Assembly: GCF_006345805.1 (NCBI RefSeq)
Contig: NC_043005.1
Span: forward strand, 100,254,001-100,318,000
Reading direction: 5' to 3'
From: Octopus sinensis
Taxonomy: Eukaryota
DNA length: 64,000 bases
Position numbers and translations under genes: made by a program. The notes beneath the pieces are model-generated. The model searched no databases. It was not told the origin of the DNA and saw nothing but the letters and a program-made list of their open reading frames with translations. Shown piece by piece: positions 11,484 through 23,119 of this stretch (its first letter is position 1; the number at the start of each line of letters is the position of its first letter).

Positions 11484-11782
11484 TGTATAATACCAAAGTC
11501 TTTTCTATATCTGTTCTGTCGCAAAACACAGGCAAGTGTTTTTACAATACACTATGTTAGTGACTAGTTTCATCTCAATCAGTTGGGTTGCTTTTCTTTG
11601 GACACAATCAAAATTGTTTCTATGTTCCTATGTATCATTATCCTTGATATAGAAGCACTACTCTATTGTGGACTTCATCTGAACTTTGTAGAGAGGGAAA
11701 GTTGAACTATTTTCTGCTCCTGAATAGAAAGGGTACATTTTGTGAAGTAATTTTCCAGATGAAACAATGCCTTTATTATAAA

Positions 11783-12172
11783 CTAGCAGTACCGCCCGGC
11801 GTTGCTCGGGTTTGTTTCGACCCTTTAGAATTGGAATTTTTGTAAAGTAAAAATTTTACATTATATAGCTTGTTATTCTCTTTAAGTGAACATTTTTCTG
11901 GTTGAAATACACCAAAAAAATTGTGACACAGCAGTCAAAAAACGTAAAAAATAGGGATTATCATAGAAAAAAAGCACCTTTTTGATGTAAATAATTTTTG
12001 GTGTTAACATGGTCCGATTTGAATTTTTTCTTCTACGGAAGGAAGAGCAAGCCTTCTTCTATCATACTCTCGATTTTAGTCAACTAGCGCCGTAGGGTCT
12101 CGGAGGAGATAGTGTTAGTTGAAAGGTACCAAACCTGCCATACACAGACAACTTCAGCTTTATATATATAGA
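11783..12172 (-). mobile_element. Non-autonomous Helitron
   Basis: Minus strand 5' TC...3' CTAG inserted between A and T; subterminal hairpin cccgagcaacgccggg; second copy at 16657-17094. Confidence 0.85.
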
Positions 12173-12385
12173 TTAATGATTTTTTTTAACAAGAAGAAAA
12201 CACAAAATAAAAGAAACGAATTGTCATTTATTTGATACTAAACCATTTGTAGTAACAAACTGGTGTCACATACAGTGGGGCACTGGTGCCTTTTATAATG
12301 ATACATTGGTGCCATTTCTACTAAGAAAGTTATGCCAGTTATGGTTAAACAATGGTACAATTTATAGCAATGCATTGTACTATTT

Positions 12386-12690
12386 GTGGAGGCACATGGC
12401 CTAGTGGTTAGAGCAGCGGACTCGTGGTCAAGAGATCTCGGGTTCAAATCTCAGACCAGGCGATGTGTGTGTTTATGAGCGAAATACCTAAGCTCCACAC
12501 AGCTCCAGCAGAAGGTAATGGCAAACTTCTGCTGACTCTTTCGCCACAACTTTCTCTCACTCTTTCCTCCTGCATCTTGCAGCTCACCTGCGATGGACTG
12601 GCGTCCCATCCAGGTGGGGAACCTATACACCAAGGACACCGGGAAACAGGCCCTTATGAGCCAGGCATGGCTCGAGAAGGAACAAACAAC
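12386..12690 (+). mobile_element. SINE family C, tail type C2
   Basis: gtggaggcacatggcctagtggttag head, gttcaaatc B box, ctgcgatggactggcgtcccatccag block, (aac)n-like end; near-identical to 46480-46776. Confidence 0.85.
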
Positions 12691-12847
12691 TGTTCCTTCT
12701 AAAGGATGAAACAAACAACAACAACACCAACAATTGCACTGTTTCCAGCAACACACTAGTCCCACTTATTGTGACACACTACAAGCATCATATATAGTCA
12801 CACACGTGCATACATGTGCTATTTCCAATGATACATGGAGCTAATTG

Positions 12848-13153
12848 ACACTCCATCAGTTATGAGGACAAGGGTTCCAATTGAACTGATCAACAGAACA
12901 GCCTGCTCATGAAAATTTCATGCAAGTGGCTGTGTACTCCACAGACGTGTGTACCCTTAACATAGTTCTAATGGAGATTCAGCATGACACAGAGTGTGAC
13001 GAGGCTGGCCCTTTGAAATACAGGTACTACTCATTTTTGCCAGCTGAGTGGACTGAAGCAATGTGAAAAGAACACAATGTACCACTGGAAATTGAACTCA
13101 CAACCATACAATTGTGAACCAAATACCCTTACCACTTAGCCACGCTCCTTCAC
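12848..13153 (-). mobile_element. SINE family D, tail type D2
   Basis: Reverse complement matches 17130-17450 (cagctggcaaaaatgagt...gctgaatctc...ttgatcag...ggaaccc). Confidence 0.75.
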
Positions 13154-13181
13154 ACATATATATCTTATTCTGATCACATAT

Positions 13182-13497
13182 GTGAAGGCGCATGGCTCAG
13201 TGGTTAGAGCATCGAGCTTACGATTTTGAGGTTGTGAGTTTGAATCCCGGACTGGGCTGCGAGTCGTGTTCTTGAGCAAGACACTTTATTTCAATTTGCT
13301 CCAGTTCACTCAGCTGTAGAAATGAGTTGTGATGTCACAGGTGCCAAGCTATATCGGCCGTTACCTTTCCCTTGGATAACACTGGTGGCACGGAGAGGGG
13401 AGGCTGGTATGCATGGGTGACTGCTGGTCTTCCATAAACAACCTTGCCCGGACATGTGCCTGGGAAGGTAACTTTCTAGGTGCAATCCCATGGTCTG
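13182..13497 (+). mobile_element. SINE family D, tail type D1
   Basis: tRNA head, cttgagcaagacactttatttc body, tail ...taactttctaggtgcaatcccatggtc; copies at 18757, 45945, 52745. Confidence 0.85.
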
Positions 13498-13979
13498 TGT
13501 ATCACTTTTAATCACATATGTGCCATTTATAGTGACAAACTTGCACATTCTCTATCCACACGTTTGTGCCATATACAATCATACGTACATGCCATTTCTA
13601 ATCACTCTATGTGTTATTAATTAATGCTTAAGATTTAGTCTTATAAAGAGAGACGTTAATAAGGCATACATTCTCTGTATGTGTGCATAGTAAAAGATAG
13701 TTTAAGAAGGGTGGAATGTTGATGCTAGTATTTTAATGGCTGTTGAAGTAGTAGATATAATATAAACTGCACAGTTTGGTCAATAAATGTTCAATAAACA
13801 AATTGGAAGCATCATGTGTTAGTGCCAGTCTGATATTTCCCAGATGTTATCCAGACATATTATTCTGACCTCAGTAAATGTTAATTTGAAAGAATTGTTA
13901 GATTCAACAAATATACATTGGCCACAAACTGATGCCCTTTCTGGCCTCAAGAGAATATCTTTACTGTTTTTATCTCTGA

Positions 13980-14071
13980 TGTGTATATATATATATATAT
14001 AATATATATATTATATATATATATATATGTATGTATATATATATATATTATGTATATATAGATTATAAGTA

Positions 14072-14130
<59 letters not shown>

Positions 14131-14223
14131 AGGTATATATATATGTATATATATTATATATAGTATGTATAATATATATGTATATATATATATGTATGTA
14201 TATATATATGTATGTATGTATAT

Positions 14224-14287
<64 letters not shown>

Positions 14288-14310
14288 ATATGAGGGTGTG
14301 TATGTGTGTG
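13980..14310. repeat. (ta)n-rich microsatellite
   Basis: Direct reading. Confidence 0.9.
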
Positions 14311-14699
14311 TGTGTTTTAAATGGTTCACCCAAATTAATGGGTCTCAAAGGATTGTCATGTTTAAAAAGTAGAGGGAAAGATTAACCAACGTATGTGGTT
14401 GTCCCATACTTAATGGACAGTTATATGCATTTTCTAATACATGCACCCATATACACAAATGCATGCATACTCACCCACACACACATGTATGCATACACAC
14501 ACACATGCATGCATACACACACACATGCATGCACGCACGCACACACACACATGTGTGTGTGCAAAGGTAAGTAGGAGACAGAGTGAGTGAGAGAGAGAAA
14601 GGGAGAGAGAGAGAGCAAAGGAAATCAAGAGAGAGGAAGAGAGAAAATGAAGGAAAGTAAGAGAGTAAGTGTGTCAGAGTGAAAGAAAGTAGGCATGAG

Positions 14700-16560
14700 A
14701 TGTAGAGAGAGCCAAAGCAACAAAGAGACAGTGTTGGAAGGATTGGAAGAATGAGAATAGCAGAAAAATATTGCAGATGGCTGGAAGAAAAGGTAGGGAG
14801 CAGGCCTATGAATGAGAAGGGGAGAATGAGAAAGGAAGAGGTTTGCCAATATCTGTGGCATGAGATGTTCTGGATTACGGGTTAGTGTGTCAGAGGAAAT
14901 CATGATGTTGTAAGAAAGAAGCGTATACAGGTGGATTACGGTATGGCAGCATTTAATGATTCTAAAAAGAAAGAGGCAGGGAAGTGCTACTAGGAAAGGT
15001 TACCAAACGTGGAGAATACATGGGAGAATGGGAGTTTTCTTAATGCTTTCTTAATATGGACCTAACAGAAGAACCAGCTATCCTATCTAACAGAATTATG
15101 ACAGATAAAGCAATTAAGGATATGAAAGCAGGGAAAGCATCCCTGGTCCATCAGGAATTATCCCCAAGATATTTAAAATATCTAGCAGAGGGAGATAGGG
15201 TTTCAGCACATGTATAGTTAATTAGGTTGTATGAGGGGGTATTGGACCCAACAAATAGTATCGTAGCATTAAAATCAACTGATTCAAGAGTAAAAGTTAA
15301 TTACAGACGTATCAAACTGATGGATCAGGTCATGAAAGTTACAGAAAGGGCTATAGCTCAACTAATTAAAAAGAGAGTTAGCCTATATGAGATGCTATTT
15401 GGCTTTGTGTGAGGGAGAAGCACTGCAGACTCTCTCTCTCTCTCTGTCTCTCTCTAGTAAGGTAAGTGCAGAAAAAGTGTATAACTCAAACTAAACAACT
15501 GTACTTGGCATTTGTGAAAATGGTAAAATCTTTGTCACTGTAAAAGCCAGGAGTATGAGAATGGCTTGTGGGAGCCATCCAGACGTTGTACAGGGGTGAT
15601 GTCTAAGATGATGCTTAGCAATGAGTAGAACAGCTTTAGTATGCAGGTAAGAGTTCAGCAAAGTTCAGTGGTCACCTCATATTTATCATAGTCTTCCTGG
15701 TAATAATGGAGGAGTTCAAGACTAACTGCCCACGGGAGCTTCTTAAGCTAGTGACCTTGTTCTTATAGCTGAATCTGGAGTAGAATTAGAAAAGAAATTT
15801 CAGATGTGAAAGTAAAACCAGAAATCAAAGCAACTTAAAATAACTTAGCAGAGACCAAAGTTCTAGCTAGCAGGAAAACAGTGAAACCACCAATCCCTTT
15901 AAGAAAAATGGTCCTGTTTGATTTATATTGAAAAGGAAAGGTATAGGAGGGAAATTTCATGCAGTGTATCAAGTACAATCTGTGAACTGAGAAGAGGTGT
16001 AGTGGAATCACAGGTAGGTTAACAGAGGAAGTACACTTTGTGTGCGTCAGATGTGTTGGAGCAATACTCAATAACAGCACACAAGAAATGGATTTCTTCA
16101 AATGCCCAGGAGATTCTTAGAAGTAAGAAATAGTTTCTGTTACTTATGTGACCTAATTAACAGAGGAGGAGGATGCACTGAAAACACAGATGCTAGAATA
16201 AGAATTCACTGGATAAAGTTCAGAGCGCTATTACTACTGTTGGTAAAAAAAAAAGACTTTCTAAGAGCAAATAGCAGACTCATGATTCTTGTGCACAGAC
16301 AGCAAAGCTACATGGTAGTGAAACATAGTTTGTGAATGCAGAGGAGATATGAAGACTAGATAAAAAACTAGAATGCTTCACTGGATGTGCAATGTTAGCA
16401 TACATGTATGACAAAGTGTAAACGCATTGAGAGAAAAACTGGGTTTGCACACTATTTCCATCTACCGAAATCACTAAGAAGATATTGGTCAGACGTGGGT
16501 TCAGGAGAAAGCACTAACCCAAAATGCTGGGCAGTGAGACTAAATCCAAATCCACATGGT
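14700..16560 (+). pseudogene. Heavily decayed RTE LINE ORF2 (reverse transcriptase region)
   Basis: KEAGKCY*ERLPNVENTW; NYRRIKLMDQVMKVTERAIAQLIKKRVSLYEMLFGFV*GRST; FCYLCDLINRGGGC...ARIRIHWIKFRALL; many stops. Confidence 0.8.
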
Positions 16561-16656
16561 TGTGAAGTGAGATTCTTAACCACATTGTCATACTCGTGCC
16601 TGTCTATATACATTATGCATATGTCTATAGTGTGTGAGTTTGCATATATATATAGA

Positions 16657-17094
16657 CTAGCAGTATAGCCCGGCATTGCTCGGGTTTGTTTTTTAGTTGC
16701 ACTTAAAATGGCAGACTTTGATGTTGCATTAACAAAGTTATGACATAGTCTCAATCTTTTTTGAAAAGTAAAAAATTTGCATTATGTGACTTGTTATTCT
16801 CTTTAAGTGAACATCTTTCTGATTGAAATACAATGAAAAATGGCGACACAACAGTAAAAAAATTGTAAAAAAATAGGGATTTTTATAGAAAAAGAGTACC
16901 TTTTTGATGTAAATAATCTTTGGTGTTAACATGGTCCGATTTGAATTTTTTCTTCTATGGAATAAAGAGCAAGCTTTCTTCTATCATACTCTCAATTTTG
17001 GTCAACTTGTGCTGCAGGGTCTCGGAGGAGATAGTGTTAGTTGAAAGCTACCAAACCTGCCATACACAGACAACTTCAGCTTTATATGTATAGA
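16657..17094 (-). mobile_element. Non-autonomous Helitron (second copy)
   Basis: TC...CTAG termini, AT target, hairpin cccgagcaatgccggg; homologous to 11783-12172. Confidence 0.85.
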
Positions 17095-17129
17095 TATATT
17101 TGTGTGTGTGTGTGTGTGTGTATTTTTAT

Positions 17130-17450
17130 AGTGAAAGCACATGGCTTAGTGGTTAAGGTATTCAGCTTGGAATCGTAATGTCATGGTCATAAGCACAATT
17201 CCTGGTACCACATTGTGTCCTTGAGCAAGACACTTTATTTCGTGTTTCTCCAGTCCACTCAGCTGGCAAAAAGGAGTGGTACCTGCAATATCAAAAGGCG
17301 AGCCTTGTCACATTCTGCTCCATGCTGAATCTCTTTGAGAATTACATTAAGGGTACATTAGGGTACATTAAGGGTAATTTCATGAGAAGGCTATTCTATT
17401 GATCAGATCAACTGGAACCCTCAATACTGTAAACAATGGAGTGGCAGCCT
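17130..17450 (+). mobile_element. SINE family D, tail type D2
   Basis: gtgaaagcacatggcttagtggttaagg head and ttgagcaagacactttatttc body. Confidence 0.8.
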
Positions 17451-18756
17451 TTTATTAAATACATTTTTATATATACACATGTATAGATACACACATATAC
17501 ATGTTTGTGCATATATTTATGAATACATGTATGCACATGTGTGTTTATATGCCTATAGGAATGGGGGGGGGTAATAAATGCTCATTGTATCAAACATTAT
17601 CATTCAGTTTCAGAGAGTTGTTACCATGGTAACAGAAATAATACTGATCCTTCATTGTATGTCTTCCTCTTTCTCCCCCACCTCTTCAACTCACTATTCT
17701 TTCCCTTTTCTTCTTTCCTTTTAATGCCTTTTTTACTTCTTCTTTCTTCTTTCTTTCTCCCCCCCCCTCTCTCTCTCTCTCATTTTCATTCCCACAAATC
17801 ACTTTCTTACTCTCTACGAAATTGTATGGGGTTGTGTACAGAACTGTGATGGTTGTTGATTTAAATTCATATACAAAGTGGTGAAACACCGGCTTATAAC
17901 AGTCCAATCCATGCTAGCATGAAAAAGCAGATATAAAAAGATGATGATGACAATGATCTCATGTGTATGTAAGAGAGAGAGAGAGAGAGAGGGAAAGTGT
18001 GTGTGTGTGAGAGAGAGAGAGAGGAAGAAAGATACACACTCATAAGCCTTTTCTCTCCTGCATTTCCTCCAAGAGTATACATTGTGCGTTTATAGCTGGA
18101 AATATAAAAACAAACACGAAGTCTGTTTTTATATACACAGCTATAAATGCACACACATGCAAGTAGAGACACACACACACACATGCAAGTAGAGACACAC
18201 ACACACACACACAGACATACATATCTATGTAAAGACATACACACACACACACAAGTAGAGACACACATGCACGTAATTTCTTTCAGAACCTAAAAAAAAT
18301 CCTTGCTATACAATGGATTAAAAGGGAATTGATTTTTTTTAAAAAATCGATACTTATGTATGTATTTCCCCTCCAGGGGCTAATATGTAAATAAGGTAGT
18401 TTGCAAAGAAACAATTTCAGCTTGGAAATTAGCTCGGTATTGATTGGGTTTTTAAAAATCAATGGAACTGATGGATTCTCTCTCCACTTCTCTCTAAATA
18501 TATGAAGCCCTCATAGAAACCCAAAGGCTCTACACTAAAGACCCAAGGACATGGCTTGGTGCATCTATTTATTCATAACCCGCATTGTATTTGCGCTGGA
18601 GTAATTGTTATCCAGTTGTCCTCAACCATGTATGCCAGCAATTTTTATTAGTAGCTTTCAACTTCTTTGCCTTGTATCAAGACAGGTGGGTTTGGCAGGA
18701 CCACGAAAGGTGTTAAACAAGAATGAAACTGATTAGTTTAAGCCTTAATCCAAGGG

Positions 18757-19075
18757 GAAAGTGCATGGCTCAGTGATAAGAGTGTTGGACTCACAAGCAT
18801 GAGGTAGTGAGTTCAGTTCCTGGACTGGGATGTGTGTTGTGTTCTTGAGCAAGACACTTTATTTCACTTTGCTCCAGTCCACTCATCTGTAGAAATGAGT
18901 TGCAACATCGCTGGTGCCAAGCTGTTGAATAACATCATTGGTGTGAAGAGAGAAGGCTGGTATGCATGGCCAACAGCTGGTCTTCCATAAACAACCTTGC
19001 CTGGACTTGTGCCTTGGTGGGGGACTTTCTTGGTGCAATCCAATGGTCATTCATGACCAAAGAGGGTCTTTACCT
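18757..19075 (+). mobile_element. SINE family D, tail type D1
   Basis: Homologous to 13182-13497. Confidence 0.8.
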
Positions 19076-19163
19076 TTTAATCCAAGATCTACAAAAAATT
19101 AAACTTTTCATTGACTTAACTCCAGATGTCATTACCATTAACTGCTGAAAGCAGTTTTATATA

Positions 19164-19752
19164 TATTTATTTATTACCCACAAGGGGCTAAACATAGAGG
19201 GGACAAACAAGGATAGACAAAGGTATTAAGTCGATTACATCGACCCAGTGTGTAACTGGTACTTAATTTAATCGAACCCGAAAGGATGAAAGGCAAAGTC
19301 GACCTCGGTGGAATTTGAACTCAGAACATAGCGGCAGATGAAATACCTATTTCTTTACTACCCACAAGGGGCTAAACATAGAGGGGACAAACAAGGACAG
19401 ACATGGATTAAGTTGATTACATCGACCCCAGTGCATAACTGGTACTTATTTAATCGACTCCAAAAGGATGAAAGGCAAAGTCGACCTCGGCGGAATTTGA
19501 ACTCAGAACATAACGGCAGATGAAATATCTATTTCTTTACTACCCACAAGGGGCTACACACAGAGAGGACAAACAAAGAGAGACACACTGATTAAGTCGA
19601 TTATATCGACCCCAGTGTGTAACTGGTACTTATTTAATTGACACCGAAAGGATGAAAGGCAAAGTCGACCTCGGCGGAATTTGAACTCAGAACGTAACGG
19701 CAGACGAAATACTGCTAAGCATTTCGCCCGGCGTGCTAACATTTCTGCCAGC
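19164..19752 (-). mobile_element. SINE family B head-to-tail trimer
   Basis: Three ~182-bp body+tail units with one tRNA head at the 19752 end; 13-bp direct repeat gcagttttatata at 19151-19163 and 19751-19763. Confidence 0.9.
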
Positions 19753-20224
19753 AGTTTTATATAGCAGTCTATCTTTGCTGAAGAATGTCATGTTTCAAAC
19801 TCGTTTTTGTTTAGATATTTTAAGTTCACTGAGACAACATAATTTGCATTAAATACCAATTCAATTTTTTTGGTAGATATTTAACGTCATTACTGGAATA
19901 ATCATGAAAGTTAATTTCATTTTGAAAGGATTAATTTCACAGCAAGACTAAACACATAAAGATATATGTCATGTTTCTCTAAATTCAACATTAAATTCTG
20001 CACTAAACACCTGTGATATTGCATAAACCTACATCTATAGCGAAGCAGCAAAATATATAAGAGAAACTCAATAATATTTTAAACATGTATACAGCTTTGG
20101 TTAAATCTTGTGATCTTCCAGCACGCTTTCTATCTTTATCCTTTGTTTGTTTCAGGATAAGGAAACAAACATGGCACTATTTGCTTCCTTATATGGGAAA
20201 CAAACAATGACTTGTTTGTTTCCA

Positions 20225-20670
20225 TATAGTCATTAGGCTATGGCCATGCTGGGGCACCATTTTGAAGAATTTTTAGTTGAATGAATCAACTCCTGTACTT
20301 CCTTTTTTTTTTTAAGCGTGGTACTTATTCTATTGATCTCTTTTGCCAAACTGCTAAGTTATAGGGATGTAAATGCACCAACACCAGTTGTCAAGTGGTG
20401 GTGGGGGACAAACACAGACACAAAGACACCCCCCCTCTCTCTCTCTCTCTATATATATATATTATTTTTCACTCTAGTTTCAGCTCAGAGCTGTGGCCAT
20501 GCTAATGTATATATATATATATATGATAGGCTTCTTCTAGTTTCCATCTACCAAATTCACTCATGAGGCTTTTGGTCAGCCCAAGGCTGTAGTAAAAGAC
20601 ACTTGTCCAAAGTGCCACACAGAACCATGTGCTTGGATGCAAGCTGCTTACCACACAGATACACCACCAT
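20225..20670 (-). mobile_element. SINE family A, diverged
   Basis: Reverse-complement head, body and tail motifs of family A. Confidence 0.75.
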
Positions 20671-20698
20671 GCAGTTTTATATATATATGTATATATAT

Positions 20699-20731
<33 letters not shown>

Positions 20732-20942
20732 CATATATGTATACATATATATATACATATATATATACATATATATATACATATATATACAATATATATA
20801 TACATATATATACATATATATATACAATATATACATATATATATACATATATATATACATATATATTATATATATATATATTATATATATATATATATAA
20901 TATATATATATATACATATAATATACATATATATATATACAT

Positions 20943-21055
20943 ATATGGCCTGCTCGCTTAGCCAGCAGGGTGGCGTCATTCGAAGGCTAAAACAATGCAA
21001 ATGCATTGTGTCCAGCAATGTGTAACTACATCTGATGGACTGGTTGGTCACGTGA
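20943..21055 (+). mobile_element. SINE family C tail type C1 fragment
   Basis: ggcctgctcgcttagccagc...ggtcacgtgat, matching 26475-26592; embedded in (ta)n. Confidence 0.8.
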
Positions 21056-21080
21056 TATATATATATATATACATATATAT

Positions 21081-21427
21081 TATATTAAATTAGAGATAAA
21101 ACCACTATTAGGCAAATCATACAATGAAAAAATTAAGCCAATACATAAGATTAATTCATTTATATTATTTTAAATATATATCAAAATTATTAAAAAAAGG
21201 TAATTAGTATAACACTACGATCGTTTCATGGCTGTCCAATTTGTAAAAATTCGAGTTACAGTCATTCTTCAGGTGATTTAAATATTTAACTTAGCGAGGT
21301 TTAATCAATGAATTTTAATAATTTTGATATATATTTAAAATAATATAAATTAATTATTCTTATGTATTGGCTTAAGTTTTTCATTGTATGATTTGCCTAA
21401 TAGTGGTTTTATCTCTAATTTAATATA
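21081..21427. mobile_element. Foldback element with ~115-bp inverted arms enclosing a hammerhead ribozyme (Penelope-like derivative)
   Basis: Arms 21081-21196 and 21313-21427 are near-perfect reverse complements; lies in (ta)n; spacer contains a hammerhead. Confidence 0.8.
21213..21275 (-). ncRNA. Type I hammerhead ribozyme motif (minimal, palindromic stem III)
   Basis: cac-CUGAAGA-AUGACUGU-(22 nt)-ACAGCCAU-GAAA-CGAUCG-UA-gug: full core, stem II 7/8 bp, stem III ACGAUCGU palindrome, GUA triplet, stem I CAC/GUG. Confidence 0.8.
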
Positions 21428-21453
21428 ATATAATATTTTACTATAAAATTGGA

Positions 21454-21484
<31 letters not shown>

Positions 21485-21487
<3 letters not shown>

Positions 21488-21690
21488 GGCGCGGGCATGG
21501 CTGTGTGGTTAGGGAGCTTGCTTCCTAGCTACATGGTTTCGGGTTCAGTCCCACTGCGTGGCACTTTGGGTACGTGTCTTCCGCTATAGCCCCGAGCCGA
21601 CCAGAGCTTTGTGATTGAATTCGGTAGGTGGAAGTTACTGCCGTGTGTGTATATGTGCGTGTAGGTGCTTGTGCCTCTCCGAAAGAGAGA
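21485..21690 (+). mobile_element. SINE family A 5' half
   Basis: ggcgcgggcatggctgtgtggttag head, ggttcagtcccactgcgtggcac B-box region. Confidence 0.75.
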
Positions 21691-21756
21691 GAGGGGGATA
21701 TATGTATATATAATATGTATATATGTATATATATGTATATATATGTATACATATAT

Positions 21757-21792
<36 letters not shown>

Positions 21793-21794
21793 AG

Positions 21795-21843
<49 letters not shown>

Positions 21844-21884
21844 GATATAATATATATATATATTATATATATAATATATAATAT

Positions 21885-21931
<47 letters not shown>

Positions 21932-21935
<4 letters not shown>

Positions 21936-22987
21936 AAACACGTGACTGCTGAGGACATGCGTAAGCTCATGAGGAATGAAGCCAGTATGCTCCGATGGAT
22001 GTGTAATGTCAGTGTACTTACTTGACAGAGCGTTAGTTTCTTGAAAGAAATGTTGTACCTAAGAAGCATCAGTTGTGGTGTGCAAGAGAGACGATTGCGC
22101 TGGTATGGTCATGTGGCAAGAATGGATGAAGATAGGTGTGTGAGAAAGTGCCAATCCCTAGCAGTTGAGGGAACCCATGGAAGAGGTAGACCCAGGAAAA
22201 CCTGGGACGAGGTGGTGAAGCACGACCTTCGAACGTTAGGTCTCACCATGGAAATGACTAGAGACCAAGACCTATGGAAGTATGCTGTGCGTGAGAAGAC
22301 CCGGCAAGACTAGTGAAGCCATAACCCGTAGCCCCTACCTGGGACATAGTCAGTCCACCTGTGCATACCTTCCTGCTTGTGACACTTGTGAAGACCTGTT
22401 GAGGCAAGTGAAAATCAAATCAAATCAAACCAAATCAAAATAGATGAACATCAATGGAATTTGTATCCTTGTGGTACCAGTGGTACCATAAAACCATCCG
22501 AACGGGACCGTAGCCAGTACCGCATCGACTGGCCTCCGTGCTGTGGGCACGTAACAAACACCATCCGATCGTGGCCGTTCGCCAGCCTCGTCTGGCACCT
22601 GTGTCGGTGGCACATAGGAAAACACCGAAAACACCATCTGAACGTGGCCGTCTGCCAGCCCCGTCTGGCACCTGTGTCGGTGGCACATAAAAAACACCAT
22701 CCGAGCGTGGCCGTCTGCCAGCCTCATCTGGTACTTGTGTCAGTGGCACATAAAAAACACCATCTGAGCGTGGCCGTCTGTCATCCTCGTCTGGCACCTG
22801 TGTTGGTGGGACATAAAATCACCCACTACACTCTCGGAGTGGTTGGTGTTAGGAAGGGCATCCAGCTGTAGAAACACTGTCAGATCTGACTGGCCTGGTG
22901 CAGCCTTCGGGCTTGCCAGACCCCAGTTGAACCGTCCAACCCATGCTAGCATGGAAAGTGGACGTTAAACGATGATGATGATGATGA
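21932..22987 (+). mobile_element. 5'-truncated RTE LINE: ORF2 C-terminus plus 3' UTR with ~63-bp tandem array
   Basis: MLRWMC...RRLRWYGHVARMDEDRCVRKCQSLAVEGTHGRGRPRKTWDEVVKHDL (stop 22313); about 5 tandem units at 22490-22815; (gat)n tail. Confidence 0.9.
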
Positions 22988-23059
22988 TATATACATATGT
23001 ATTTATACATATACATATATATATACATATACATATATACATATATACATATATATACA

Positions 23060-23110
<51 letters not shown>

Positions 23111-23119
23111 CATATATAC

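Noticed and set aside
19760-19800. ctgaagaatgtcatgtttcaaac hammerhead-like start
   Set aside because: No GAAA or stem architecture downstream; a chance 7-mer
22490-22815. CRISPR-like regularly spaced repeats
   Set aside because: The units are contiguous tandem copies without unique spacers, lie in an RTE 3' UTR, and have no cas genes in a eukaryotic context
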